DNA of 64,000 bases from Klebsormidium nitens (lineage: Eukaryota > Plantae > Klebsormidiophyceae): contig DF237086.1 in NCBI GenBank assembly GCA_000708835.1, positions 1 to 64,000 of the forward strand, written 5' to 3'. The notes beneath the pieces were generated by a model. The model worked only from the letters and a program-made list of their open reading frames with translations. It made no database searches and had not been told where the DNA came from. Below, one piece after another: positions 23,326 through 35,300 of this stretch (its first letter is position 1; every line of letters starts with the position of its first letter). The position numbers and the translations under genes are program-made.

Positions 23326-26300
23326 ATGACCCGCCGCTGCTCCCACTGCGCGCAGCAGAACCACAACAGTCGGACGTGTCCAGAGCGCGGCGTCCGGCTG
23401 TTTGGCGTACGGATCCATGATCAGGGGGCAGGCGAGATGAGCGAGAGCATGCGGAAGAGTGTCAGTATGGGCAACTTGAGCAACTACTCAGGAGCGACGG
23501 TGGACGCTGCAGACCCTGGGGATGAGGACAGAGGAAATGCGGCAGCGGACGGTTACCTTTCGGACGGGCTGGTTCATGGGGCAAGGGACCGCAAGAGGGG
23601 TGAGACGAGAGGCTTTTGTTTTGTTTAAGATCTGGGTGGTTCCCATTTGGGAGGTGGTTCTAGGCAGTTTGAGTGGTTCTGGTCATTTGGAGTGGTTCTG
23701 ATCAACAGAGTGGTTCTGATCAACAGAGTGGTCCTGATCTTTGAAGTGGTTCTGATCTATCGAGTGGTTCTGATCTGTGGATCAGCGTCAACATGTGAGA
23801 TTGCGAAAGTCTGCCCTTGAAGATTCGTGGGACCTGTATTGTCCCGCTGCGGTTCACAGATTGGACTCTGAGCTGGTGTAGAGGGGGGTGCTTTAGGCCC
23901 TGATTGTCATCGGGCTTCTTCCATAAGTTCAAAAAGCATCTGACATGCATGTGTTTGAAGTTGATCAGAACCTGCCATCTCATCAAGACACCTGATCGAC
24001 TGATGGCTTGCAGCTATATTTACACTGTCAATCCAAGGATCAGGGTGCAGAACAGAGCAGTTGCCCCTCAGCTGGCATCAAAACGACTCAGTGTTGGCAG
24101 CTGAATCGTACTTTCTGTTTTCCTCCTCCCTACTTTTGGATCAGGCAGTCATCATCTTGGGCCTTGAGGCTGTGCTGGTGCTCTAAACTGCAACCATTGG
24201 CCTAACATATGTGCATTAATACCACTTGATCTTTTGTAGAACACGGCGTAGCTAGTCAAGACGATTGGGGTATCAGCTCACCTTCCTTTAATCGCATGCA
24301 GTCTAGTTACATTGCGAACTGAAAACTGAGTGCTCATGATGGTATAGAACGTTAGGCATGTTACTTCGAAGAACTGGTCCAAGGTGGTTTCTTGTGCCTC
24401 AGTCACGCTCTATGCGTTGCAGCGCTGCATTTGTCAGTTGTTTGACTCCTGTTGACTGCAATCATTTTAGAAAATGGTGAAATGCAACACATGTTTCTGG
24501 GAAGCAAAATCGCAGGACCGGAGCTCACACATAGTTACTGCTACTGATTGCTCAAGCTGCAAGACTTCGGTGAAACGCCAATAGATATTCTGCCCAAGTT
24601 TCGAGATGTGTTTCGTTCAATTGTGCTTTTCTTGAGTGGGCGACACGCACTTCTGACCTTGATTGTCAGGTCTTTTTAGATAGTCCTTACAACCATGTTC
24701 ATTCTGTGCAGCCAACCGGTTGCAGATTGATCTGGGCTTTCCCGCTTTTTCTCTGTTTTGATTGAGTTGTCATTGCCTTTTTTTGTTAATCCCCTTGCTT
24801 CCTTGAGATGAGGTACGTATGTGTTTTGGTTTGTGTGCTCCCGGGACAGGTTTGCAACACTCCTTTGGCTTGAGTCTTCAGCCAGCGATGATTCCATCTT
24901 GCCGCTTCTCTTTGCACTCTGAACACCTTTGGTTTCGCACCTGAGTCCGAGTTTCTCTGGCTCATGTGTTGGGCAGCCTGATTGTCTTCCTAGTGATCCT
25001 TTGGTTCTGCGCCAAGGTCAGCGCTTCTAGGACGCAGAGATTTATGGTGCTTCCTGTCAAACGAAACAGAACACGGGGAAGTTGAGACAGGGTGTTTTTG
25101 CCGGCACCTGCTGACTTCAGCCGCCCCACTTGCCGATATCCGCTTCTCACCTATTTCCAGGGCCCGGGCCAGCTCTGCTTCGCTATCCCTTTGCTCATCT
25201 CAGCTATTATCATCACTTCATGTGCTGACGTCACTGTCACCGCGCCGCAGGGATTCCGTGGACAGAGGAAGAGCACCGGTTGTTTCTGCTGGGGCTCCAG
25301 AAGCTGGGCAAGGGCGACTGGCGCGGCATCTCGCGCACGTACGTGCAGTCGCGCACACCGACGCAGGTCGCGAGCCACGCGCAGAAGTACTTCATCCGCC
25401 AGTCCAACATGAACAAGCGCAAGCGGCGCTCCAGCCTCTTCGACCTCGTCACCGACCTTGTGAGCCACGTCATCTATTCGTCCTCTTTCTATGGTCTGCC
25501 AGGAAACACGAACAGGAAACGGCAGTCTTATTAGAACGAGTCGCTTTCCTGCCTCCCAAGATATGAGCGGCCTCAGATATCAAAAAGCATTGAGTGGGAC
25601 ATTTCCCATATTCCTGTGGCGAATTTCCTTCCGTAAAGGGCGTTTGAAAATAGCAAACATCAAAATAGCATCTAGCTCATATACAAGACGGTTTTTCTTG
25701 CTCGAACTGGCGACTAGCACATCGCTTATTAAAAGTTGAACCGCTGTTTCATATCATAGTGCCGGAAGACTTATTGCGGCCCTTACTTTCCTTTGTTATC
25801 ACAGTCGTTTGCCTCGGTGTTGGTGTTCTGGTTTTCGATATCAAAGGCGTGTATCTGTTTGCAAGCTGGCCTCAATACTGACCTCCCCGTTCTGCGACGG
25901 TTTGTGCAGACCCCCTCGATCAGCGCCCCCAATCTGCGCAGCTCCGCTTCCTCCGATGACATCCGCAGCCCTGGCATGCCTCCCCTCAGCCCCAACCCGG
26001 CTGCCCCCTCGTTTGGCCCCCCCGCCACGTTCTTCGATCCTACGCGCAAGCAGTCAAACTTTCCCCTCCCCTCCTCCAGTTACCCGCCCCCCCAGTTCCA
26101 TTTCCCCAACTTCCCACCCCCGGTTAGCCATGGCCGGTTAGCGACCAGTTACTCCACCCCTAACCACTTCCCGGCCAACATCCCATTCTCCCCCCCAAAT
26201 TACATCTCCCCCGGTTTTGGGGGAAGCCTCGTGCATCCCCCCATGCTGGCCCGCCACTCGACCTACCCCCAATTCCCCCTCCCCCCAGTCCAGATGACGT

Positions 26301-27303
26301 CATCGAATGGGATGACGAATGGGATGACGTCAGGGTTGACTCGGCAGCAGCAGATGGCGGCAGTGACCGAGATGGTGCGTGCCACGTCGTACGAGCGGTT
26401 GCATGACCTGGGCGGCGCGAGCAACAGCGAACAGTGAGCTTGTTTCCACCCTGTCTATTTCTTGCTTGGTGACTTTGCAAATTCGCCTCTATTTCAACGT
26501 CTTGGTGCTTCAGAATGAGAAATTCATTGGATTTAAAACATAAAAATCCTGTCTCAAAACGGAGTACAGCGACGTTGCGCCCTTTTCTACTCTTCTTGAT
26601 CTCCATTCGCGTTCGGTTTCGCTTGCGCCCGTTCGTGGGCATCCTGTGCCGTCCTTCATTTCCTGAGCCGTGTCCTCTGATTGAAGCCGTGGAAGCCAGC
26701 TAAGAAGTGCTTTCAATTCACCAAAGACGCAGCTTGAATAACTTCGGGCAATCTGCCGTTATCTTTGGCATCATCCTGAAGACTTGTATTCCCTCTACCT
26801 GCTGCAGGAGGACTGAAGTCACGAAGCCGATCCCCCACAAAGCTTCCCCTTCCCACCCCCCTCCTCAGCCGCAACCGCCCCACGAACTCGACGAGAAGCT
26901 GAGAGACGCTGACCCCACGGCACAGCAAGCATCCCAGCACAGCTTCGCGTCCCCCCCCTTCCACAACTTCTCGCACTTGCCGTGGTTTAGCATGGGGCCG
27001 TTCGCTTATGGGATGATGCAGAACGGGTTGTCGGGCGCGGTAAATCAAACCAGTAGCAAGGTTTGCCGGCCCACCGCAAGCCATCCCTCAGCGCCGTTGG
27101 ACATTCCCGGGTGCTCTGGCAGGGGGGAGGACGCTCAGGCTCCCGGAGAGGGGGCCTCTCCTTCGCTCTTGGAACCGTCCCCCCTATCGGCGAGGCTTTT
27201 GGGGGAGGGGCCTTTGAGGCACTCGGCGTTCCAATCAAAGCTGTCGTACAAAAACGGGGGCATGAGCAACGGAGACGGGAATAGTGTGATAGGGGTGGTG
27301 TGA
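23326..27303 (+). CDS. MYB-related (SHAQKYF) transcription factor with CCHC zinc knuckle, MYBS3/KUA1/MYBH-like
   Basis: Exons 23326-23599, 25251-25459, 25910-26433, 26808-27303. Motifs [68 protein letters not shown]...[13 protein letters not shown]...RRSSLFD, and C-terminal EPSPLS..RHSAF..NSVIGVV. Confidence 0.93.
23634..23780 (+). repeat. Minisatellite (about 18-19-bp unit, about 8 copies) at the start of MYB intron 1
   Basis: GAGTGGTTCTGATCAACA-like units; the GTGGTTCT core is repeated. Confidence 0.85.
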
Positions 27304-29356
27304 GGGTTAGATTTTGGGGTTAATTGTGTGGCGCGTGTACTTGTCCATATTGGAGATTGACTAGCAGTTAGTTCATGCTAATAAGCCCCTAGTAGAGGGC
27401 GTGTCCAGAAGATCCTGGGTATAAGAGAGGATACAGAACAAGTTTCTGAACCAACGAGGATTCGATACCAGTGCGGTGTACATAAGCCAATACCGCGCGG
27501 CACGAAACTTTGACGGCCATACATAGGAACAGCTCTGCTGGCATATGTTGCTGGAAACAGTTGACAATGAATGGTGGAATATTGACGATTTTCGCAAGCT
27601 CGCACACGGTCGTGCACCTAGATTTGCTAAGAACAAGGTTTGATTACTCATTAGAGCTTGGCTAAGGCTGCTTAATGCAAGCGAACTTACTCTCGCCTTA
27701 GCTTTGAGGTAGCTCCACGAGGTCAGAGGGTGAGATTTAGTCTCTCAAACCTAAGTTCTGTGGATCCTAGAGTTTGCAACTATATCAACGGGTTTTTTTC
27801 GCATCAAGTGACCAGGCTAGCTCGAAGGCAAAGTGTGTCTACTAGCTGGCGATCCTGCTAGGTCTGCATCCTACTAAAATTTCAGAAAAATCATTGATAT
27901 TGGTCGGAAGTATCTTCCATGCGTATGCGCCATGTGCATCGTGGCACATCAATGGTATGCACTCAGCGAAGGAATCTTATTGGTCGAAACGAATCATGTT
28001 GGATGTAAATGGATGCAAATAAAGAATCAGTTCATTCATATACATAGTCGCGCGCTGATATGACAGCTCGAGCTATATATAAGCTCAGCAATCGCTTTTC
28101 AATCGCATAGGTATAGGCAGGCTGCTGTACGTATAGGTACCTTCGCAGCTAGCTCCTGCACATTCCATGATGGTCTCTTGGTACTCGCCGTAGCCAAATA
28201 TAAGGACATAGGGCATAGGCTTAGTCTCATGGCATACATGTATGAAGTAGAGAAGTGTTTGTGTGTTCAATAGAACTAGAGCTCTGCATCTTGGACTATA
28301 CGCTCGACTCTACCAACAAGCTGAACAAGGTTCTCAAAATATCCAAACCGAACTGCTGTTTGGGATGATGCATGGCGCCTGGCAGAATGCAAGGCTTACA
28401 AGCATGGTCATCACATGACTGTCGCATTATCAGAGGCAGAGCTCGAGTGCTTATCAAGAGTCGGTTAAATCTAACGGACAAGAATCCACCGGTACAAGAT
28501 GGGACATCTTGCGACCGTCGATAAACCTTAGCGACAAAAGTGACTTGGCTATCGTGATGAGTGCTTCCTTTACAGACGAAGTACCGGTAGGCAGGTAGCT
28601 TGCCTACTTCTGCAACATTTCTCAGCACAAGGTCCTGCGCTAAGGTCTTGCATGATATTTGAGGTCATGGTGGGTCGTGGGTTGCTTTGACCTTGGGCCA
28701 CAGACCTTCAGAAGTGACAAGTGCATAGGAAGCTTCTCTAAGTTAAAGTCAAAGGCCCGTCGAGAAGAAGGTGAGGTTTGAATGTGATCGGATTTCCGAG
28801 TACACTGGTGAAGCTAAAACAGCTGGAACGATTTTGCATTCAGTTACAAAGGACTATGGAAGGAAACGAAGTTGCGACAAATCTCAAGAGACCCGTCGTG
28901 CGATAGAAGCCTTCTTGAGAGCGAGATGTTTTCATAAAGATATCATCCACCGTAGAGATCCTCTGCAACCATGCTATTCCCAATCGCAGGCAGCTGCTTT
29001 TCAGCGATATCGAGTTTGAAACTTCTTGCTGACATGCTTACTGGTGCGTACTTTGAGTACTTATTCTGATTAGGGTTGTACACACGAGTTTTCTGCTACC
29101 TAGCTAGGGGGAAAAAGCTTAAGTTGCGGGGTGGTCTCTTTCCTGCCTTTTTGAAGAAGATAACTAATTCAAGGCTTTAAGCAGCACCTTGTTGCACGGC
29201 GCGTAAGATTGCCTTCCGGTTGCCTTCATCCGCGTTGGGTTTTGAGAATTTAATCAGGTTTGGCACCCTCTGCTGAAGCATCCTATCTTTACATGGGTGT
29301 TGGATCATAGTTCTTCTACCTGCTAAACGTTGGGTCTTTTTCTGCAGTTCATAAAA

Positions 29357-32300
29357 ATGCCTAGACCACTGAAAGACAGAAGTTTGCCGCTGGCGGAGAT
29401 GGACTCCCCCTCTAAAGAAGACTCTGCCGCTCAGCATCCGCTCCTAGAAAAAAGTACAAGTCCTCGCAATCTTGCGGATTCTGCAGCAAAGAGCAGACAG
29501 CAGTTAGCGCCCCATCCAATTCTTGTCGCAATTGTTCTAGCAGCATTGGCAGTCGGCTATGGCATCGGAGTTGGCAGCATTGAGTGGTTGCAGAGCACAG
29601 ATCACATGCAGAAACTAGAGAAGGTAAAAGGATTCCATGACTCATTCATTGGCCTCCCAAGCAACGACTCTGCTGCGGCGCACTTGAGGGAGCTTGTGAA
29701 AGAACCACACATCTCAGGATCACCAGAGGACTTGGCAGCGTAAGGAGTTCTATTGTTCTATTTGTGGTCATGAACGACCTAAAATACCGCGTGCCCCAGA
29801 GCAGTGGCGGGCTTTGAGCAACTGCATATAAGGAGTACTTGAATGTGCAATCAAATCTTCTTCTGAGATTCACTTGGGAGCATACAAGCACGACTTTTCT
29901 TTGCAAGTGGATCAGGGCGAGTCTTGTTGTTAATGCATACTGTGAGGCCAGAGGAATTTGAGGGAAGGGAGGGCTATCAAGATGTTACAGGCCGGCAGCC
30001 CAGTTGCACTGGCACGCCAAGGAAGCAATCATTTCGTCCCAAACCATTGCCTTCTGCAACTGCAGCAGATCTTCCAAGCAAAAAGTAATGCTTTCACAGA
30101 CGTCGGACAAACCGCGGGCAGCTTGTCCAGTCTTCTCCCTCCACTCTCGCCCTACTTGCGCACGACAGTACAGTCTAACAAACACCTCTCTTATCCCTTC
30201 TCCTTTCGGAGTCTTTGCAGGGCACACTATGTGATGCAAAAGTTCAGGGAGTATGGAATCAAGACCCACATGACATCATATGACGTGCTTCTGAGCTACC
30301 CCCTGAAGCGAGAGCTCCACATGCTGGCACCCGTCGAATTCAGCCCGCTGTTGAGAGAGTCCGTCAAGGAGGAGGTTCCGCAGTCACGGAGTCCCAAGGA
30401 GGTCGACACATTCCTCGCATATTCCAAGTCAGGTGGGTTCACAGTTCTTCAGCTGCTAGGTGGTGCGCTCTTTTCTGTTGTAGTGGGGTATGTCGAAGAT
30501 TCAGCATGGATCCAGAGATTCATTGGAATGAGCGTCGCTGTAATACTACACATTGCAGGTTGAATCTCGTGGAGATGAGTTGTGCATCGTCCGGGTTAGG
30601 TCACATACCAGAGCAACACAAATTGGTGTTAACAGCACTATTCATGAGGGCTGGTCCCAGCAGAACCGACCATCTGCCAGCACACATTCCTCTGTGCTCG
30701 TTTGCTCCATCTTTTTACGGTCGGAGCATTGAAGGAGGAAGACGAGAGGAGGTTTCTACATCAGTCAACGTGCTCTTCAAAACTTGCGTTTTTCAATTCT
30801 GCCGCGCCACAGTACCTTCTGTACAATCGGACCGGGAAAGTGCCCTCCTGAAAGGACTTTATACCCAAGACTTCTTTATGGGATAGCAAAGGCCCACTGC
30901 TGCTTACCTCCCCTCAATTTTGGCGCTCGGTTTCCGCCCCCTCGAGCAGGTGACGTCACCGGTGATGTCGTATATGCCAACTACGGGCGCACCGAGGACT
31001 TTGACGAGCTGGCGCTGCTGGGTGTGAATGTGTCCGGGGCGATCGTCATTGCCCGGTACGGCGAGATCTTTAGGGGAGACAAGGTGGGCCACGAGCATTC
31101 ATCACTAACAGGAGACTGTTTACGGCCTGGTCTCATCGCGCCGCTTCTCTTCGAGCATCACGAGCCCGTGTTAGAAATTCAGAACGACCGACGTGTTGGC
31201 TCTTGGCCAAACGGAGATAGCTTTCATCTTGTTGACCTTTAGACCCTTAAGAAGCAGGAAAAACCAGAGATTCACCCTTTGTTGCACCTCTGGTCGCATC
31301 CTAGTGTTCGATGAGCCTAGGCGCTCAAAGCTGCTTCTCATAGACGAGTGACACAGTTGTTCTTCATTCTTCAATTGAATCTTTTCAACCGACTTTTATT
31401 TTTGTGGAAATCTTTCCACGTTCACTTGCATTCTTTTTGACGCTCTTCGGACGACCACTTTTCTATCTTTAACAAGGTACATGGAGTCCCTTTTTTCTTT
31501 TCAGTGCTTTGACAAGATTCAAGCCTCTACTGCTTCTTCCAATCAGGTGAAAAACTCGGCAGATCGGGGAGCGATCGGGTGTCTGATCTACTCAGACCCC
31601 GAGGAGTATGCCGCCAACATGACGGAAGGGGCGTACCCGAACGCCGAGTGGCTGCCCCCCGCTGGAGTCCAGGTGAGACTTTGGCTGCGAACACAAAAGA
31701 CTGATGCGCCCTTTTCGGACGTCTGATTTCAAACGGGCAAGTCCGAAATACTAATTCCCACTATGTGATCCAGTCTGCGGGCGCACACGCGCGTGTGCAA
31801 CATGTGTCGCGCGCGGCTCGTCTCCTTATTTTCCGCAAACTCGAAAGCGGAAGCCCCACGAGCAGCCGCAGACTGGTGAACTAACTTTGAACTCAGATTT
31901 CGGGATCGCCCGTCCGTATACCAGATCGTCCGAAAGAAAACGCACCAGCCTAAGATCCTCCGATCCGTGACTGCCGTTTTCAGTCGAACTGAACTTAGAA
32001 AGCCTTTAGCTTCTCTCCTTGGAGGCGATTGTGAGTGTATCTGGCAATTTTGCCTTTGAGCTGCGTTTTGGTAGCCGGAATTTATGCTGTCAGGGTTTTG
32101 GCGTTTCGTAGCGTGCTCGCTGCCAAGGGCTGAGACCCAGATGGAAACATCCGCGTCTTTGTCTCACCTCCTTAAGGGTACTCTTATGGAGATTGCGGCT
32201 GGTGCCGTTTAAGCTGTGCGTTTGCGGGGCTTCTAATGGCGTTTCCCAAATAGACATTGATTTCAAGGAAGATATTAAGCTTAGATATTAGTAGGGTAAC

Positions 32301-35300
32301 CGCACTGGGACGGGTAGGGTTACTTTGGAGGTTAGGGTGGGTAAGGGTGCGGAGCAGGTACTTTTGTGAGTTAGGATTTTGGTGTTAGTCGGAACTTACT
32401 TTTATCCTAGCTATTCTTATTTTTCTTGACTTACATCAAACCTGTCTGATCGCCGTCCTGACACTGGCCGTTCGAGCACGTGACCAAATTCAGGGAGGGG
32501 CTTTGGAAGAACGACCCTCGTCCACTGATCCTGCTCTTCGGCCCTTCAAGCGCTTCAGGTCTCCTGGAAGAGAAGGTCGGATCCCCTGTTGAAAACCTTC
32601 CTATGACAAATGTAGATCGAGGCTACCTGCAAGTTCAATCGTCAGCTCGTCTTCGCTCTCAAATTGTTCGCAAACCTTCCTGCAGCGGGGGTCAGCGTAC
32701 ACGGGCGTTGGAGACCCCCTGACCCCCACGTGGCCCTCGACCGCCGGCGCCGAGCGCGTTCCGCCGTCCGCCTACGCGCACCAACTTCCGGCGATTCCTT
32801 GCCTTCCCCTTTCTTGGCAAGGTAAAGTTGCTTTGGAGATAAATGAGGCTATTTTTGTCACCGTTCCGGTGCTGCGGTTGATCCTGCCGACTTGTCTTCA
32901 CATTCTTCTTTAGTATTGCTGCTGCGTCAAACTTGGCACCTGAATCCGGATCGAAACGCGCGTTCCTTGATCACGAGCCGCGTCGGTTCTGTTCTTTCAG
33001 TTCTCAATTTTCCCTAAGCTATTCCCCGTAAAGAACTCCGCACATCGATTCTTGTTGTTGATCACCAGGGACTTCGGTCGGCCGAAGTACAAGAAACGTT
33101 TTCAGGGGGCATGTCTGTTCCCGACATCGCGGCTCGTGATCGAGTAAAGCGAGTTTGGATCCGAGTTCGGGTGCCAAGTTCGACGCGAATAGCATGTTGA
33201 TATGGTAAGTCAAACGAAAGATAATTCTTTCTCCCTCCGCAGATGCGGTGCCCATCCTGGAGAATCTTGGGGGCGCCCCGCGGCCGCCCACGTGGCACGG
33301 CGCGCTCAACCTGTCGTCGTTCGCGCTGGGGCGCGGCCCGGCGAGGGTGCACCTGAAGCTGGAGATGAACAATAGCGTGGCGACCATCCACAATGTGGTG
33401 GGAGTCATCGAGGGCGCCGCCGAACCGGACAGGTGCGGACGCTGTTTGCGGAAAGGCTAGCCGCTGGTTCGAGATTCTTTTGCAGGAATTTCTGTATCGA
33501 ATGTGTTGGGTTGAGCAGCTCATTTCCTGGCGGCCATTCACAATGTGGTGGGAGTCATAGAGGGCGCTGTCAATTACGACAGGTGCGGAAGCTGTTCCTG
33601 GCTGAAGGGTTGTTTGCAGAAGGACATCTCCTGAGTCGAGGTTCTTTCGCAGAGCTCCGTTTTCTTGGCCCGAAACTACTGGCCTGAGACCCTTCTCACT
33701 CAGCCGGCGGTTTCGATCTATGTTCACTTTGTCATCGAACGGCTGTACTCTGCGCTATGTCCTCGACCTCGGTCCCACGCTCACTCAAGGTTTCAGAACC
33801 TCATTGAACGGGCTGTCTTTGTTTCCGAAATGTTCATTTTGAGGCCTCGGAACCTCAACGAACGGTTGTCGTCACTTCCTAGCCCTTCACTGACTCCTCG
33901 GAACCTCATCCGACGGCTGTTGTTACTCCCCAGGTATGTGATGCTGGGCAACCACCGGGACGCCTGGGTATACGGAGCGGCCGATCCCAACAGCGGCACA
34001 GCAGCGCTCCTTGAGGTGAGCAATCCGATCCGGATGCTTCAGAAACACATCAAGTAAGGGCAACCGCTCCTGAATGCGTGGAGTCTCAAGCGGCTCAGCC
34101 TCATGCTTTTACGGGGAACCGAGGCCACGGGGTACGGGCCCGAAGTCGGTTCTTGGGCGTCCTAAATCGATCATCAGGTGTCCAAATTGTTTATGTGGCG
34201 TCCAGATCTGACTGTGACATACCCAGTCTGCTTCTGAGGCGTCCGAATCTGATTGTCAGTGGTCCGAATTCTTTGTGTGGCGTTCCTATAAATCATACCT
34301 CAGAAAATCTAGTATCAAGAGCGCGTTGCCTCTTAAAAGTTAAAAAGCTAGAACGCCGTGCAGGTCGCCTGCGCTCATGCCCTAGTCGCGGCTGACTGGC
34401 GGTTCTGCCGGTCCATTGCCCTCTTTAGCCTTGACGCCTCCGAGTATTCGTTGCTATGTTGCCTACGTAAAAAGCCCCAACAACTCAACTTACAACATCG
34501 AAGCACTGAATTCTGGTTACAGGTTGCCCGGGGTTACGGTTCCCTGCTCGCGGCCGGCTGGCGCCCCCGCCGGACCATTCTGCTCCTCAATTGGGACGCC
34601 GAAGAGTACGGACTGATCGGGTCAACGGAATGGGTCGAAGATAACGCAGACATGCTTCGGCACCGAGGGGTAGCTTATTTCAACGTTGATTCTGCCGTAA
34701 TGAGGGGGGGCTTCTTCGCGGCCGCGTCTCCGCAGTTAGATGATCTGGTTAGGGACGTAACCAAGGTGGTTCCGGAGCCGGACCATCCGGGGAAGACGAT
34801 CTTCGACGTGTGGAACGGAACGGAGGTGAGGTTTGCGGTAGGCGTGTGCCCTCTCTCAAGCACAGCTTTTCACTTTTGAACACGAATGTTGTCAGAACCT
34901 TCGACGCTGCCATTGTGCTTACGTACCGCCAGAATAACCAGACCTACTCACACTTCCACTCCCGGTGCACCAAACCTGATCGCAGGTTGCCTATAAAAAG
35001 TGACGTGCATCCTGACTCGATATCGTGAAAGTTTACCCCGAAGCCTCTCAGCCGTGGAGAAGGACACCTGGCGCGTGACGCTGGGGTGGCAGCCATAAAT
35101 GCACGACCCTGAGAGCCCCCAAGTCCACGTTTTCAAGAACCCTAAACTTTCGCAAATTCAAATCCTGCAGATTCAGCGGTTGGGCGGCGGCCCTTCCACC
35201 TCGGATTCCTTTCAAACTCTAAAAACCCTTTGTTCTCTAACCCTGCAGATCCAGCGGATGCACTGCCGCCGCCATGCTGCATGACGTCGGCGTTGCAAGA

